Assembly (NCBI GenBank): GCA_018830005.1
Contig: JAHJTE010000001.1
Coordinates: 385,332 to 449,331 of the forward strand
DNA from: Candidatus Omnitrophota bacterium
GTDB lineage: Bacteria > Omnitrophota > Gorgyraeia > JAHJTE01
Length of the DNA stretch: 64,000 nt
Direction of reading: 5' to 3'
Positions 8,872-17,675 of this stretch are shown one piece after another (positions within the stretch are counted from its first letter, which is position 1; every line of letters begins with the position of its first letter). A model generated the notes under the pieces. The model ran no database searches, was not told the DNA's origin, and was given only the letters and a program-made list of their open reading frames with translations. A program made the position numbers and the translations under genes.

Positions 8872-10752
8872 GCTTCATAACTCATTGTGAAACAATGAGT
8901 TACATCAATAACCCGACAGACATTGATTACCGGGGCGCTTTATCTCCTAGGGTTTACGATGGTTAGGGCGTTAGAAGTTTGTACCCGTCAGTAAAATACT
9001 CATTTCCACTCTCCGTGTAGTAGGCCTCTCTAAATCAGCGAGAATATCCGCATATTTGGCCAATTCCTCTCTTAGTTTATGTTGGCTAGTTTATGCGATA
9101 TTCGTCGATTTTCTTAAGATTTTATTTTTCAAAATGAGCATAAACTAAACTCGCGGAAAAATAAACAAGAGAGGTTTGCTCAAGTTGTTGTAAATTAGTT
9201 CCAATCTCTTAAGGGGGAGCCACTACTTATAGCCCCTTGTAACAAAATAAGTTGCAAGGGGTTATTATTTGCGTATAATAATATCGATGAAGAAAATATA
9301 GTTTATTTATTTTGAGTAAAGGAGGAAATTTTATGGCGACAGATTTTAAGTCAAAACAATTTGCTGCTGGAAGTTGTTACTCTTATATTTTGAGTTCAAA
9401 TTCACAAGCTTTAATTGTCGACCCGCATATAAGTTTATTAGAGGAATATAAGAAATACTTGGATAAGAATAAACTTAGGCTTAAGTTTGTAGTTGATACG
9501 CATACTCATGCGGACCATTTCTCTTTAGCTGCGATACTAAAAGATAAGTTTAATGCGTCTGTATTGATGCATGAAAAGGCCATATCAGAAGTAGCAGATA
9601 AAAGACTTAAAGATGGCGATGAGGTTGTCCTTGGTCAAAAACATTTTAAAGTCTTGTATGCACCAGGGCATACTGACGATACTATCAGTATTCATGGGGA
9701 AGGTATGGTGTTTACAGCTGATGTGCTTTTGATAGGAAGCGTAGGTAGGACAGATTTCCAAAATGGTTCTCACGAATCTATGTTTGATACTTTACAAAGA
9801 CTAAAGAACCTTCCGAATGAAACAATAGTATTTCCTGCTCATGATTATAACGGAAGAAAGTCTTCTACAATAGTTAAAGAAAAGACAACAAATCCTTTTA
9901 TGAAGGAGAGTAGTAAAGATGCATTTATTCAGAATGCCCGTTCTAAAAAGCTACCCAAACCTTTTAATATTGATAACATTATTCGGGTAAATCAAAAAGG
10001 CCAAGCTAAAACTTTAGAGATAATTGCACCCAAAGTTGCACAGGAGATTATAGCTAAGGACTCAAATGTTAAATTATTAGATGTGCGCTCAGCTTTAGAA
10101 TATAATGAAGTCCATATCAATCACTCTATGAATGTTCCAATAGATATGATTAGTTCTAAAATAAAGGATTTGAGTGAATCTGCTCAGGCATATATAGTTT
10201 TGTGCCACACAGGGAATCGTTCTCCCATGGCAGCGGATATGTTACTGCAGTCAGGTATTCGTTCGGTAAAGGTGATGTCAGGGGGAATGACACGTTGGCA
10301 GAAGGAAAGGCTTCCTGTTGTAAAGGGAGAAGGTGGTATTTCATTAGAGCGGCAAGTCAGAATAATTGCTGGGGTATTGGTATTGTTTGGAATAATAATG
10401 GCTCAGTTTGTGAATAATGCTTTTATTTGGATTGCAGTCTGGGTTTGTTGTGGACTTATTTTTGCTGGATTGACAAACAATTGTCTTATGGGTATGATAC
10501 TGATGAAATTGCCCTATAATAAGAAAATGTATAAAGCTAAATTAGGAGGTGGAACCTGTTCAATTAGTCAGTAGTTTTATAGGCGTGTTAAACCTTCCAT
10601 TTACTTTTTAGCACTAAAGATAGTCGCATTATCTAATAACTTTTCGGTTTCTTCGCTTAAACACCACTCCTTAAACTCCTCCAAAAAGTTGCGAATGTCG
10701 TCCAATAGGGGAGAGTTTTTCCTCGCTGAGTATAACTCCCTCAGGTACCCCA
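8872..10752. mobile_element. tRNA-His mini-element unit 1 (left arm 8872-9219, cassette, right arm 10714-10752)
   Basis: Bounded by ACCCCA at 8866-8871 and 10747-10752; arms repeated in units 2 and 3. Confidence 0.8.
9333..10574 (+). CDS. MBL-fold persulfide dioxygenase-like + rhodanese + DUF2892 fusion
   Basis: THTHADH, PGHT, GRTDF, PAHDY; rhodanese CHTGNRS; C-terminal ERQVRIIAG TM hairpin; RBS AGGAGG before ATG 9333. Confidence 0.88.
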   Translation: MATDFKSKQFAAGSCYSYILSSNSQALIVDPHISLLEEYKKYLDKNKLRLKFVVDTHTHADHFSLAAILKDKFNASVLMHEKAISEVADKRLKDGDEVVLGQKHFKVLYAPGHTDDTISIHGEGMVFTADVLLIGSVGRTDFQNGSHESMFDTLQRLKNLPNETIVFPAHDYNGRKSSTIVKEKTTNPFMKESSKDAFIQNARSKKLPKPFNIDNIIRVNQKGQAKTLEIIAPKVAQEIIAKDSNVKLLDVRSALEYNEVHINHSMNVPIDMISSKIKDLSESAQAYIVLCHTGNRSPMAADMLLQSGIRSVKVMSGGMTRWQKERLPVVKGEGGISLERQVRIIAGVLVLFGIIMAQFVNNAFIWIAVWVCCGLIFAGLTNNCLMGMILMKLPYNKKMYKAKLGGGTCSISQ

Positions 10753-11225
10753 GCTTCATAACTCATTGCAGCGCAATGATTTACATCAACGCCCCGACGG
10801 ACATCGATCGCCGGGGCGCTTTATCTCCTAGGGTTTACGATGGTTAGGGCGTTAGCAGTTTGTTCTCGTAGGTAAAATAATCATTTCCACTCTCTGTGTA
10901 GTAGGCCTCTCTAAATCAGCCAGAATATCCGCATATTTGCCCAATTCCTCTCTTAGTTTATGGGCGCTAGTTTATGCGATATTCGTCGATTTTCTTAAGA
11001 TTTTATTTTTCAAAATGAGCATAAACTAAACTCGCGGAAAAATAAACAAGAGAGGTTTGCTCAAGTTGTCGTAAATTAGTTCGAATCTCTTAAGGGGAGA
11101 AAATTCCACTAGCCCTCTGCAAATTAAAAACTTGCGGAGGGTTTTTGTTTGAGGTAGAATATAGCACTATAAAGAGAATTGCAATTAACGAAAGTTAGAT
11201 AAAGAGAACAAATGCGAGGTGTTAT

Positions 11226-11864
11226 ATGTCATCAGAAAAAAACAAGGTAATAAACCCCGTAATTGAAGCCATAAACAAGAGGTTGTCTGTCAGGTCTTAT
11301 GAGCCAAAACCAATTGCGAGAAATGTCATCAGTACGATCATCGAGGCTGGCAATCAGGCACCTTTTATGTCGGAGAAGCATGGGAAGCCTGAAGACCTTA
11401 TTCAGCCTTGGCGGTTTGTTGTTGTGGAAGATTCAGAGTTTAAGCAAAAACTAGTTCAGGCTACCGAACCTATCAGGTCAAGGTTCATCGAAGGCATGAA
11501 GGAGACTGTGCCTGAAATGCACAAGCAGGTAATGAAGTTCTACAAGGAGATAGGCGAACCCAAAGATATGGTTTATTATTCTGCACCTGTCATCCTCTTT
11601 GTCATAGGCCCAGCGGGATCTGATATAAGTTGCGCGCTTGCCTGTGAAAACATCATGATTGCCGCAACCTCTTTTGGTCTGGGAAGCTGTTATGTGGGAT
11701 TCGGCGCAATGGTCACAGACGATGCTGATATCGTAGAAGCCCTTGAGCTAACGGAGGATGAACGAATCTTCGGGCCTATCGTGCTTGGCTATCCAAAAAG
11801 CTATTCCAGTGCACCGGATACTATACGGCCGAATAAAAAAGAACCCAGGATTAAATGGATCTAG
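11226..11864 (+). CDS. Nitroreductase family protein
   Basis: RLSVRSY, AGNQAP, QPWRFVVV, ENIMIAATSFGLGSC, LGYP. Confidence 0.9.
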   Translation: MSSEKNKVINPVIEAINKRLSVRSYEPKPIARNVISTIIEAGNQAPFMSEKHGKPEDLIQPWRFVVVEDSEFKQKLVQATEPIRSRFIEGMKETVPEMHKQVMKFYKEIGEPKDMVYYSAPVILFVIGPAGSDISCALACENIMIAATSFGLGSCYVGFGAMVTDDADIVEALELTEDERIFGPIVLGYPKSYSSAPDTIRPNKKEPRIKWI

Positions 11865-11960
11865 AAGTCACAGGTATGTTGAAAAAGGGCACAAAAAGGG
11901 AAATGTAGTCATAACCGTGGAACCCGCCCCCAAAGTAAAGGAGCAGTTTAGGAGGGAGAT

Positions 11961-12320
11961 ATGAAGAGATTTATACTCTATTTAGTAAGATGGCAACTAA
12001 GCACTCCTATACTTTGGTTAGTCTTAAGAAATTTAGGTGCAGGATTATGGCAAACTGTAGTAGCTAATTTGATTGGTGGTAGCATATTCTTTTGGGTGGA
12101 TAGATTTATCTTTACTTCTAAAGCCGTAGAGATGTGGCATTTTAAAGAAAGTGGGAGTTGTGATAATTGCGGTAAAGAAACAAGCCTATGGAGATTAGTA
12201 TTGGCTCCCAATTATGATAAGAGAAATTCGGAACCTGTATTCTTTTGTATGGAATGTTCCAAGAAGAGAACGGATGAACTGAGAATCAAAGGAATAAAAA
12301 TTAGAGGTAAGAGTAAATAA
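11961..12320 (+). CDS. Hypothetical membrane protein with C-terminal CxxC...CxxC
   Basis: Two hydrophobic segments, CDNC and CMEC; RBS GGAGGG. Confidence 0.7.
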   Translation: MKRFILYLVRWQLSTPILWLVLRNLGAGLWQTVVANLIGGSIFFWVDRFIFTSKAVEMWHFKESGSCDNCGKETSLWRLVLAPNYDKRNSEPVFFCMECSKKRTDELRIKGIKIRGKSK

Positions 12321-12524
12321 ACAATTGTGCCCAACTTGTGCCCCAATGTAAAGGAGCAGCTTAGCCAATAAAAACCAGCTCTTTTGACAGCTTTCCAGCC
12401 TCTTCTGACCGTAAAAAGTTGCGAAAGTCGTCCAATAGGGGGAGTTTGACTTTCCAAACCTCTGTGATACAATGTGTTGCAGAGGTTTTTTGTTGGATAA
12501 ATAAATTATAAAAAGGAAAGAAAT

Positions 12525-13424
12525 GTGAAGCAACACAGAATTTTTAGGTTATCACTTTTAATAATGCTCTTGCTGGGTGGGCTCGGGCTTTCGCCTGTCC
12601 TTGCGCAGATCGATCCTCAGCAGAATGTTGAGACAGTCAAAATAGCGATCTCTACTGACGGCACAGCGATCAATTATTGCGAGCATGGGCAAGAGGATCC
12701 GACACTCGTATTCGTCCACGGATGGAGTTGTGACGCGAGCTACTGGAGAGAACAGGTTGAGTATTTCAAGAAGAAGTATCACATGGTTCTGATTGATCTG
12801 GCTGGGCATGGTCGTTCTGGGAGCGAACGTGAAAACTACACTATGGAAGCTTTTGGTCATGATGTTAAGGCTGTCGTCGAGAGTATCGGAGCAGAGAAGG
12901 TAATCTTGATCGGTCATTCCATGGGTGCCCTTGTAATCGCAAAGGCGGCCCGCTTGATGCCAGAGAAAGCTATTGGATTGGTCGCGGTTGATGACCTTCA
13001 GAACGTGGAGTATCCTCTGGGGGAAGAACAGTTCAGGGAGATGACTGCACCATTCAAAGAAGATTTCAAACAGGGTGTCAGAGATTTCGTTATAGGTATG
13101 TTGCGTTCTGACAACTCGCCGGTCAATGAATGGGTGATCTCTGATATGTCTTTGGCTAATCCCAAGGTTGCGCTCAGTGCAATAAACGAGTCATTAGGCG
13201 AGTATCTGGTAGGTGATGTGGCCAAGTTGTTTGATGAATTGGACATTCCAGTTATAGCTGTGAACGCCGACCTTTGGCCAACAGATGTCGAAGCGAACAG
13301 ACGGCACATAAAGGACTTTGAATTAATCGAGTTGGACGGACTGGATCATTTTCTGATGCTTAAAGCACCTGAGCGTTTCAACCCAGCGCTTGAGCAAGCT
13401 ATTAAAATGATACTTAAGAAATAA
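12525..13424 (+). CDS. Alpha/beta hydrolase with signal peptide
   Basis: FVHGW, DLAGHGRS, GHSMG, catalytic His in LDHF. Confidence 0.9.
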   Translation: MKQHRIFRLSLLIMLLLGGLGLSPVLAQIDPQQNVETVKIAISTDGTAINYCEHGQEDPTLVFVHGWSCDASYWREQVEYFKKKYHMVLIDLAGHGRSGSERENYTMEAFGHDVKAVVESIGAEKVILIGHSMGALVIAKAARLMPEKAIGLVAVDDLQNVEYPLGEEQFREMTAPFKEDFKQGVRDFVIGMLRSDNSPVNEWVISDMSLANPKVALSAINESLGEYLVGDVAKLFDELDIPVIAVNADLWPTDVEANRRHIKDFELIELDGLDHFLMLKAPERFNPALEQAIKMILKK

Positions 13425-13574
13425 ATGAAGATGGTAGTATTAGGTTTTGAGATGTAAAATCATCTCCTCTTCGTCCGTAATGCACCAGCCCCTAAACTCA
13501 TCCAAAAAGTTGCGAATGTCGTCCAATAGGGGAGAGTTTTTCCTCGCTGAGTATAACTCCCTTCAGGTACCCCA

Positions 13575-14979
13575 GCTTCATAACTCATTGTAGCACAATG
13601 ATTTACATTAACGCACCGGCGGATATCGATCGCCGGGGCGCTTTATCTCCTAGGGTTTGCGACAGTTAGGGCATTGCTTATTCCTTATCATTGCCGCAGT
13701 TATCTTTTTTACTCTCTGCTTACTAGGCCTCTCTAAATCAGCCAGAATATCCGCATATTTGGCCAATTCCTCTCTTAGTTTATGGACGCTAGTTTATGCT
13801 ATATTCGTTGATATAATAGAGTTTTTATCTTTAAAAATAAGCCATAAACTAAACGCGAGGGAAAATAAACAAGAGAGGCTTGCTCAAGTTGCCGTAAATT
13901 AGTTCGAATCTCTTAGGGGGAGTTGCTATCCTAACTCACAGTGATATAATATATTGCAGTGGGTTTTTGTTTTAGTTGAATATCAAAAGGAGAAGAGATG
14001 AAGAGGAGAATATTTATTGATACTGTTATTGCGCTTCTTATTATTGTTTTTGTTGGATTTGCGTGTTTTCTAACAGAGCCTTTAGTTTCAGGTGCTGCAT
14101 TAAATGAAGAATGGAGTGTTTACCGCGATGCTTCAAATCGTTTTGAGTTTTCATATCCTGTAAGTTTCGGCATTCCGAGAAAGGACATAAGGACAGATAT
14201 GCCTGATGGTGATTCAGGGGAGATGATTTTATTTCCTGAATTCTCTCATGGATTGTGTAATGGTAAGATTATATTAGGCGGCGACCTCGAACTTAGATCT
14301 GGCAGGGTATGGGTAGGCATGCAGGCCTTAGGTGGATTATATGACCCTATAGCAGTTGGTGGATTTATAGATATGTTTCCTATTGCTATTCAAGAGAGAT
14401 TGCGTAGCCAAGCAGAAAATCTTACAATTTCAAACTTTTGTAGCGAATTATCGAAATCAAAACATATCTCAATCGATGACTCTGTTTTAAATAATGTTAC
14501 CCCTGAACAGAAACAAGTAATAATTGGATTGGACTCTCACGGAAACCTAAATCCTAAGGTAATTACTTGTAACGTATTGGGCGATACGATTATTTTTCAT
14601 AAAGAAGCCGTGTTTGAGTCTGGACTGGTCAGTAGTCTTCGGCAGATATATGGGGTAATCCGCTTCCTAAAAGGCCCTTTTAGTTCTGTGCAATTTATCC
14701 GGATTACACGCGACCCCCCAGATGAGGAATTGCTTGAGACAATGGCGAAGATAGTTCAGTCTTTCAAAGTGTTACATTGAGCTTAGTTAAGTTTATATTA
14801 ACAATTACTTGAGACTCGGATTATGGATGTTGTTTTTTTCTGAGTCCAACCAGTTGCGAAAATCGTCCAATAGGGGGAATCCTATTTGAGATAATCAAAT
14901 TAGCTCTTTTTGACGGTATAAGGCCTAAACCAAGCAGAGAGTTTTCCCTCGCTGAGTATAACTCCCTTCAGGTACCCCA
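13575..14979. mobile_element. tRNA-His mini-element unit 3 (left arm 13575-13922; cassette to 14878; ~55-bp remnant; right arm)
   Basis: More diverged copy of the left arm; ends TTCAGGT-ACCCCA at 14979. Confidence 0.78.
13998..14780 (+). CDS. Hypothetical exported/membrane-anchored protein
   Basis: N-terminal TM, then WSVY...FEFSYP (PsbP-like start) and ending IVQSFK; RBS AGGA. Confidence 0.65.
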   Translation: MKRRIFIDTVIALLIIVFVGFACFLTEPLVSGAALNEEWSVYRDASNRFEFSYPVSFGIPRKDIRTDMPDGDSGEMILFPEFSHGLCNGKIILGGDLELRSGRVWVGMQALGGLYDPIAVGGFIDMFPIAIQERLRSQAENLTISNFCSELSKSKHISIDDSVLNNVTPEQKQVIIGLDSHGNLNPKVITCNVLGDTIIFHKEAVFESGLVSSLRQIYGVIRFLKGPFSSVQFIRITRDPPDEELLETMAKIVQSFKVLH

Positions 14980-15279
14980 GTAATTTCATTCTCTTAGCAT
15001 AATGGGAGAGTTTCAAGGCTATTGATCGGATACGGTCAATAGCCTTTTCTATCTGGCGCTGTGTCAAAGAGTTAGGGCATTATATTTATTGGCACTATAT
15101 CGAATTTTTCCGCACCATAAGCTGTTTATAAAGCCTCTCTGGATCAAGCCATTTTATTGCAAAAATAGGCATAATCCTCTCTTATATAATGCGTTCTATA
15201 TAATGAAAATATCGGCAATATTCGAGGGGTTTTCGAGCTTCACGAGGCCATTATATACGGGGAGAGAGGTTTTCTATCG

Positions 15280-16890
15280 TTACGCGGTAGGGTTTTTTAG
15301 CAGCTTCTGCCACATTTCGTTTTGTTTTTCCCAATTTAACTCTCGGCAGATTTTGTTGATCTTGTATTCGGGGATTAATGAGATGTTCTTATTGTCGGAA
15401 AGAAGGATTTCTTCTTGAATGTTTGGCGCAAGCATTAGCGCGTTCATGATTAAGTAGATTTTAACATCGCCTAAGTTAAGCCACTCAGCCATTTGTTTTA
15501 AGTCTTTCACTCGGTCGCTAGCGATTACGTCTTGTATTTGATGCGCTAAGATTAACCTTTGTCGTAGCAGTGGTTCGTTCTTAATATTTATCTGATTAGG
15601 AGGAACCGGCAGGTTTTTGAGTTCCTTGAGTTCTACCTTATATTGACGTTTCTTATTGTCTTTTAGCAAAACGATTTCAAGTATGCCTTTGTTACCATCG
15701 AAACTCGCCTCTTTAAGGACTGTTTTTATAATCGCAATTTTATCCTGCAAGCTAAAGGTATCCCATACTTTCTCGTCGAGCTTCGGCAGAGGAGTCAAGG
15801 TTTTGAGCAATTCGATGATTTTCTGTTCAATCTTCTGCGCGCTCAGTAAGCGGGTAGGACAGGTTTTGTAGCCGCGCTTACTGGCACTCATACAAAGGTA
15901 GTAGTGATACTTGTATTTGTTGGCTTTGATATTGTAGGAGAAGTACATCGCGCAGTTGCAAGCTTTACAGCGTAGGAGTCCGGTAAGCAACCCTACATGT
16001 TTAGTCTTTTTGGTCATTTTCCAGTCAGGCCTGTTTTCTGCAAGTATGCTTTGTGCTTTCTGGAAGGTTTCTTTCGAAATAATCGCTTCATGTTCTCCCG
16101 GATATAACTCGGCCTGGTATGAAACCTTGCCGGCGTAAAGCACATTTCTTAAGATTAGCTGAATACCGTTGCTTGTAAACTGAATCCCACCGAATTTTCT
16201 GCCTTTTTCAGATGTATGCTGTTTAGTTGTGTATCCAAGGTCATTCATAGATATCGTTACTGACAAAAGTGAGCGCTTCTCAATATATAGGTTAAAGATT
16301 TTGCGTATAAGCTTGGCTTCCTTCGGGTTAATTACGAGCTTATGTTTTTTCTTATCGATGCTATAGCCTAAAGATGGTCTTCCTCCGATCCATTTGCCTT
16401 TTCTCTTAGCAGCGCCCATCTTGTCGCGGGTTCTTTCGCTGATTATTTCGCGTTCAAACTGCGCAAAAGAGAGGAGGATATTAAGCGTAAGCCTGCCCAT
16501 CGAGTTTTGCGTATTAAAGTGCTGTGTTACTGATACGAAAGTGGCACCATGTTTTTCAAATACAGACAGGAGCTCTGCAAAATCAAGAAGTGAGCGTGAT
16601 AGGCGATCAACCTTATAGACTACTACGCAATTAATTTTATTGGCTTTGATGTCAGTAAGAAGCCTTTGAAGTGCAGGTCTGTCTGTATTGGCACCGGTGA
16701 ATCCACCGTCATCGTAGTATTCTGGCGAAGCTACCCAGCCTTCGTTTTTCTGGCTGGCAATGTAGCTTTCACAGGACTCGCGCTGGGCATCCAAGGTAGT
16801 AAAGTCACGCTCAAGTCCATCGCTGACCGATTTGCGCGTATAAATAGCGCAATTAATAATCTGTTTCTCTTTAGGTTCTATGGTTTTCAT
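15280..16890 (-). CDS. Large serine recombinase
   Basis: AIYTRKS, RPALQRLL, VYKVDRLSRS, FEREIISERT, recombinase domain, CxxC...YYLC zinc ribbon. Confidence 0.95.
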   Translation of the reverse strand: MKTIEPKEKQIINCAIYTRKSVSDGLERDFTTLDAQRESCESYIASQKNEGWVASPEYYDDGGFTGANTDRPALQRLLTDIKANKINCVVVYKVDRLSRSLLDFAELLSVFEKHGATFVSVTQHFNTQNSMGRLTLNILLSFAQFEREIISERTRDKMGAAKRKGKWIGGRPSLGYSIDKKKHKLVINPKEAKLIRKIFNLYIEKRSLLSVTISMNDLGYTTKQHTSEKGRKFGGIQFTSNGIQLILRNVLYAGKVSYQAELYPGEHEAIISKETFQKAQSILAENRPDWKMTKKTKHVGLLTGLLRCKACNCAMYFSYNIKANKYKYHYYLCMSASKRGYKTCPTRLLSAQKIEQKIIELLKTLTPLPKLDEKVWDTFSLQDKIAIIKTVLKEASFDGNKGILEIVLLKDNKKRQYKVELKELKNLPVPPNQINIKNEPLLRQRLILAHQIQDVIASDRVKDLKQMAEWLNLGDVKIYLIMNALMLAPNIQEEILLSDNKNISLIPEYKINKICRELNWEKQNEMWQKLLKNPTA

Positions 16891-17363
16891 AAATTAAAAA
16901 AATTATAGCCGTTCCAATGCACTCCGGTTATTTCTTCAGCTATGGTGGTAAGATGCTTATATATCTTCCCGTTATATTCAAAGCCATTATCAAGCACCTT
17001 GACCTGGATATTTTTGCCTTTATATTTCTTGATGATAACACTTCCTGGAATAGGAAGGCGTCGGTCTCTTCCAAGGCTTTTCTTTCTTGCCTGCGTTTCA
17101 AGGCTTATCTTCGGTCTAATCGACTTATTATTAACAGGATCATAAAGTTTTATAAGTTCTCTAAGCCTATTTTCCGCTTTTTGCGATAAGCTGCCATATT
17201 TAAGCTCCTGCAGGCCGTAGGCAATCCTTCTTATTAGGTAGATTTTATTGTCCGAAGTCGCCTTTTGGCCATTAAATAGCTCTTCGTATTTCTTTTGGAG
17301 CTTAGGAATGGTCTTCTTTTTGAGATCCGCAATTTTGGTTTCTAACGTCTCTTTCATTGGCAC
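16887..17363 (-). CDS. DUF2924 family protein
   Basis: RRIAYGLQE..YG, LPIPGSVI...YKG, AEEITGVHWNGYNFF; typical partner of this recombinase family. Confidence 0.85.
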   Translation of the reverse strand: MPMKETLETKIADLKKKTIPKLQKKYEELFNGQKATSDNKIYLIRRIAYGLQELKYGSLSQKAENRLRELIKLYDPVNNKSIRPKISLETQARKKSLGRDRRLPIPGSVIIKKYKGKNIQVKVLDNGFEYNGKIYKHLTTIAEEITGVHWNGYNFFNL

Positions 17364-17504
17364 ATTTTCCTCAGGTTACATAGGGCCATACAATTTGCGA
17401 TATAGCAAGGGGAAAGAGAGGTATTTTTTGGTTGTCAAAACAGACGCAGAGTTGTATAATAAATCACATCTTGCCACATTTTATACTATCCCAGGAGTTG
17501 AAAA

Positions 17505-17675
17505 GTGGAAACTCTCACCGTAGAAGAACTAGCTAAATATCTAAAACTCCACCAATATACAATCCGCCGCCTTGCACGAACTGGAAAAATTCCATCTTTT
17601 AAAGCTGGAGGACAGTGGAGGTTTCGTAAGGATGAAATCTATAAATGGTCTATTTCAAATAGGGAGCATAAATGA
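17505..17675 (+). CDS. Excisionase-like HTH_17 protein (56 aa, absent from ORF track)
   Basis: GTG start after AGGAG; METLTVEELAKYLKLHQYTIRRLARTGKIPSFKAGGQWRF; stop overlaps next ATG. Confidence 0.85.
   Translation: METLTVEELAKYLKLHQYTIRRLARTGKIPSFKAGGQWRFRKDEIYKWSISNREHK

Larger units (their letters stand above)
10753..13574. mobile_element. tRNA-His mini-element unit 2 (left arm 10753-11099; cassettes 11100-12444 and 12445-13534)
   Basis: Same arms as unit 1; an internal cassette junction at 12415-12444. Confidence 0.8.

Noticed and set aside
9199-9222. Extra tRNA gene ending GGGGGAGCCA
   Set aside because: Only a T-loop/acceptor-like 3' fragment with no D or anticodon arm; treated as a decoy att site
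13657-13902. 81-aa ORF in the left arm of unit 3
   Set aside because: The same frame has an early TAG in units 1 and 2, so the arm is non-coding
8872-13922. Repeats as an assembly artefact
   Set aside because: The three arms differ by many substitutions and flank different genes; long reads are still needed for certainty
8872-14979. Classical integron or CRISPR array
   Set aside because: No IntI tyrosine integrase and no attC R''/R' boxes; repeats are hundreds of bp with gene-sized inserts; no cas operon
15089-15418. 109-aa plus-strand ORF
   Set aside because: Overlaps the island end and the antisense strand of the recombinase; no recognisable motif
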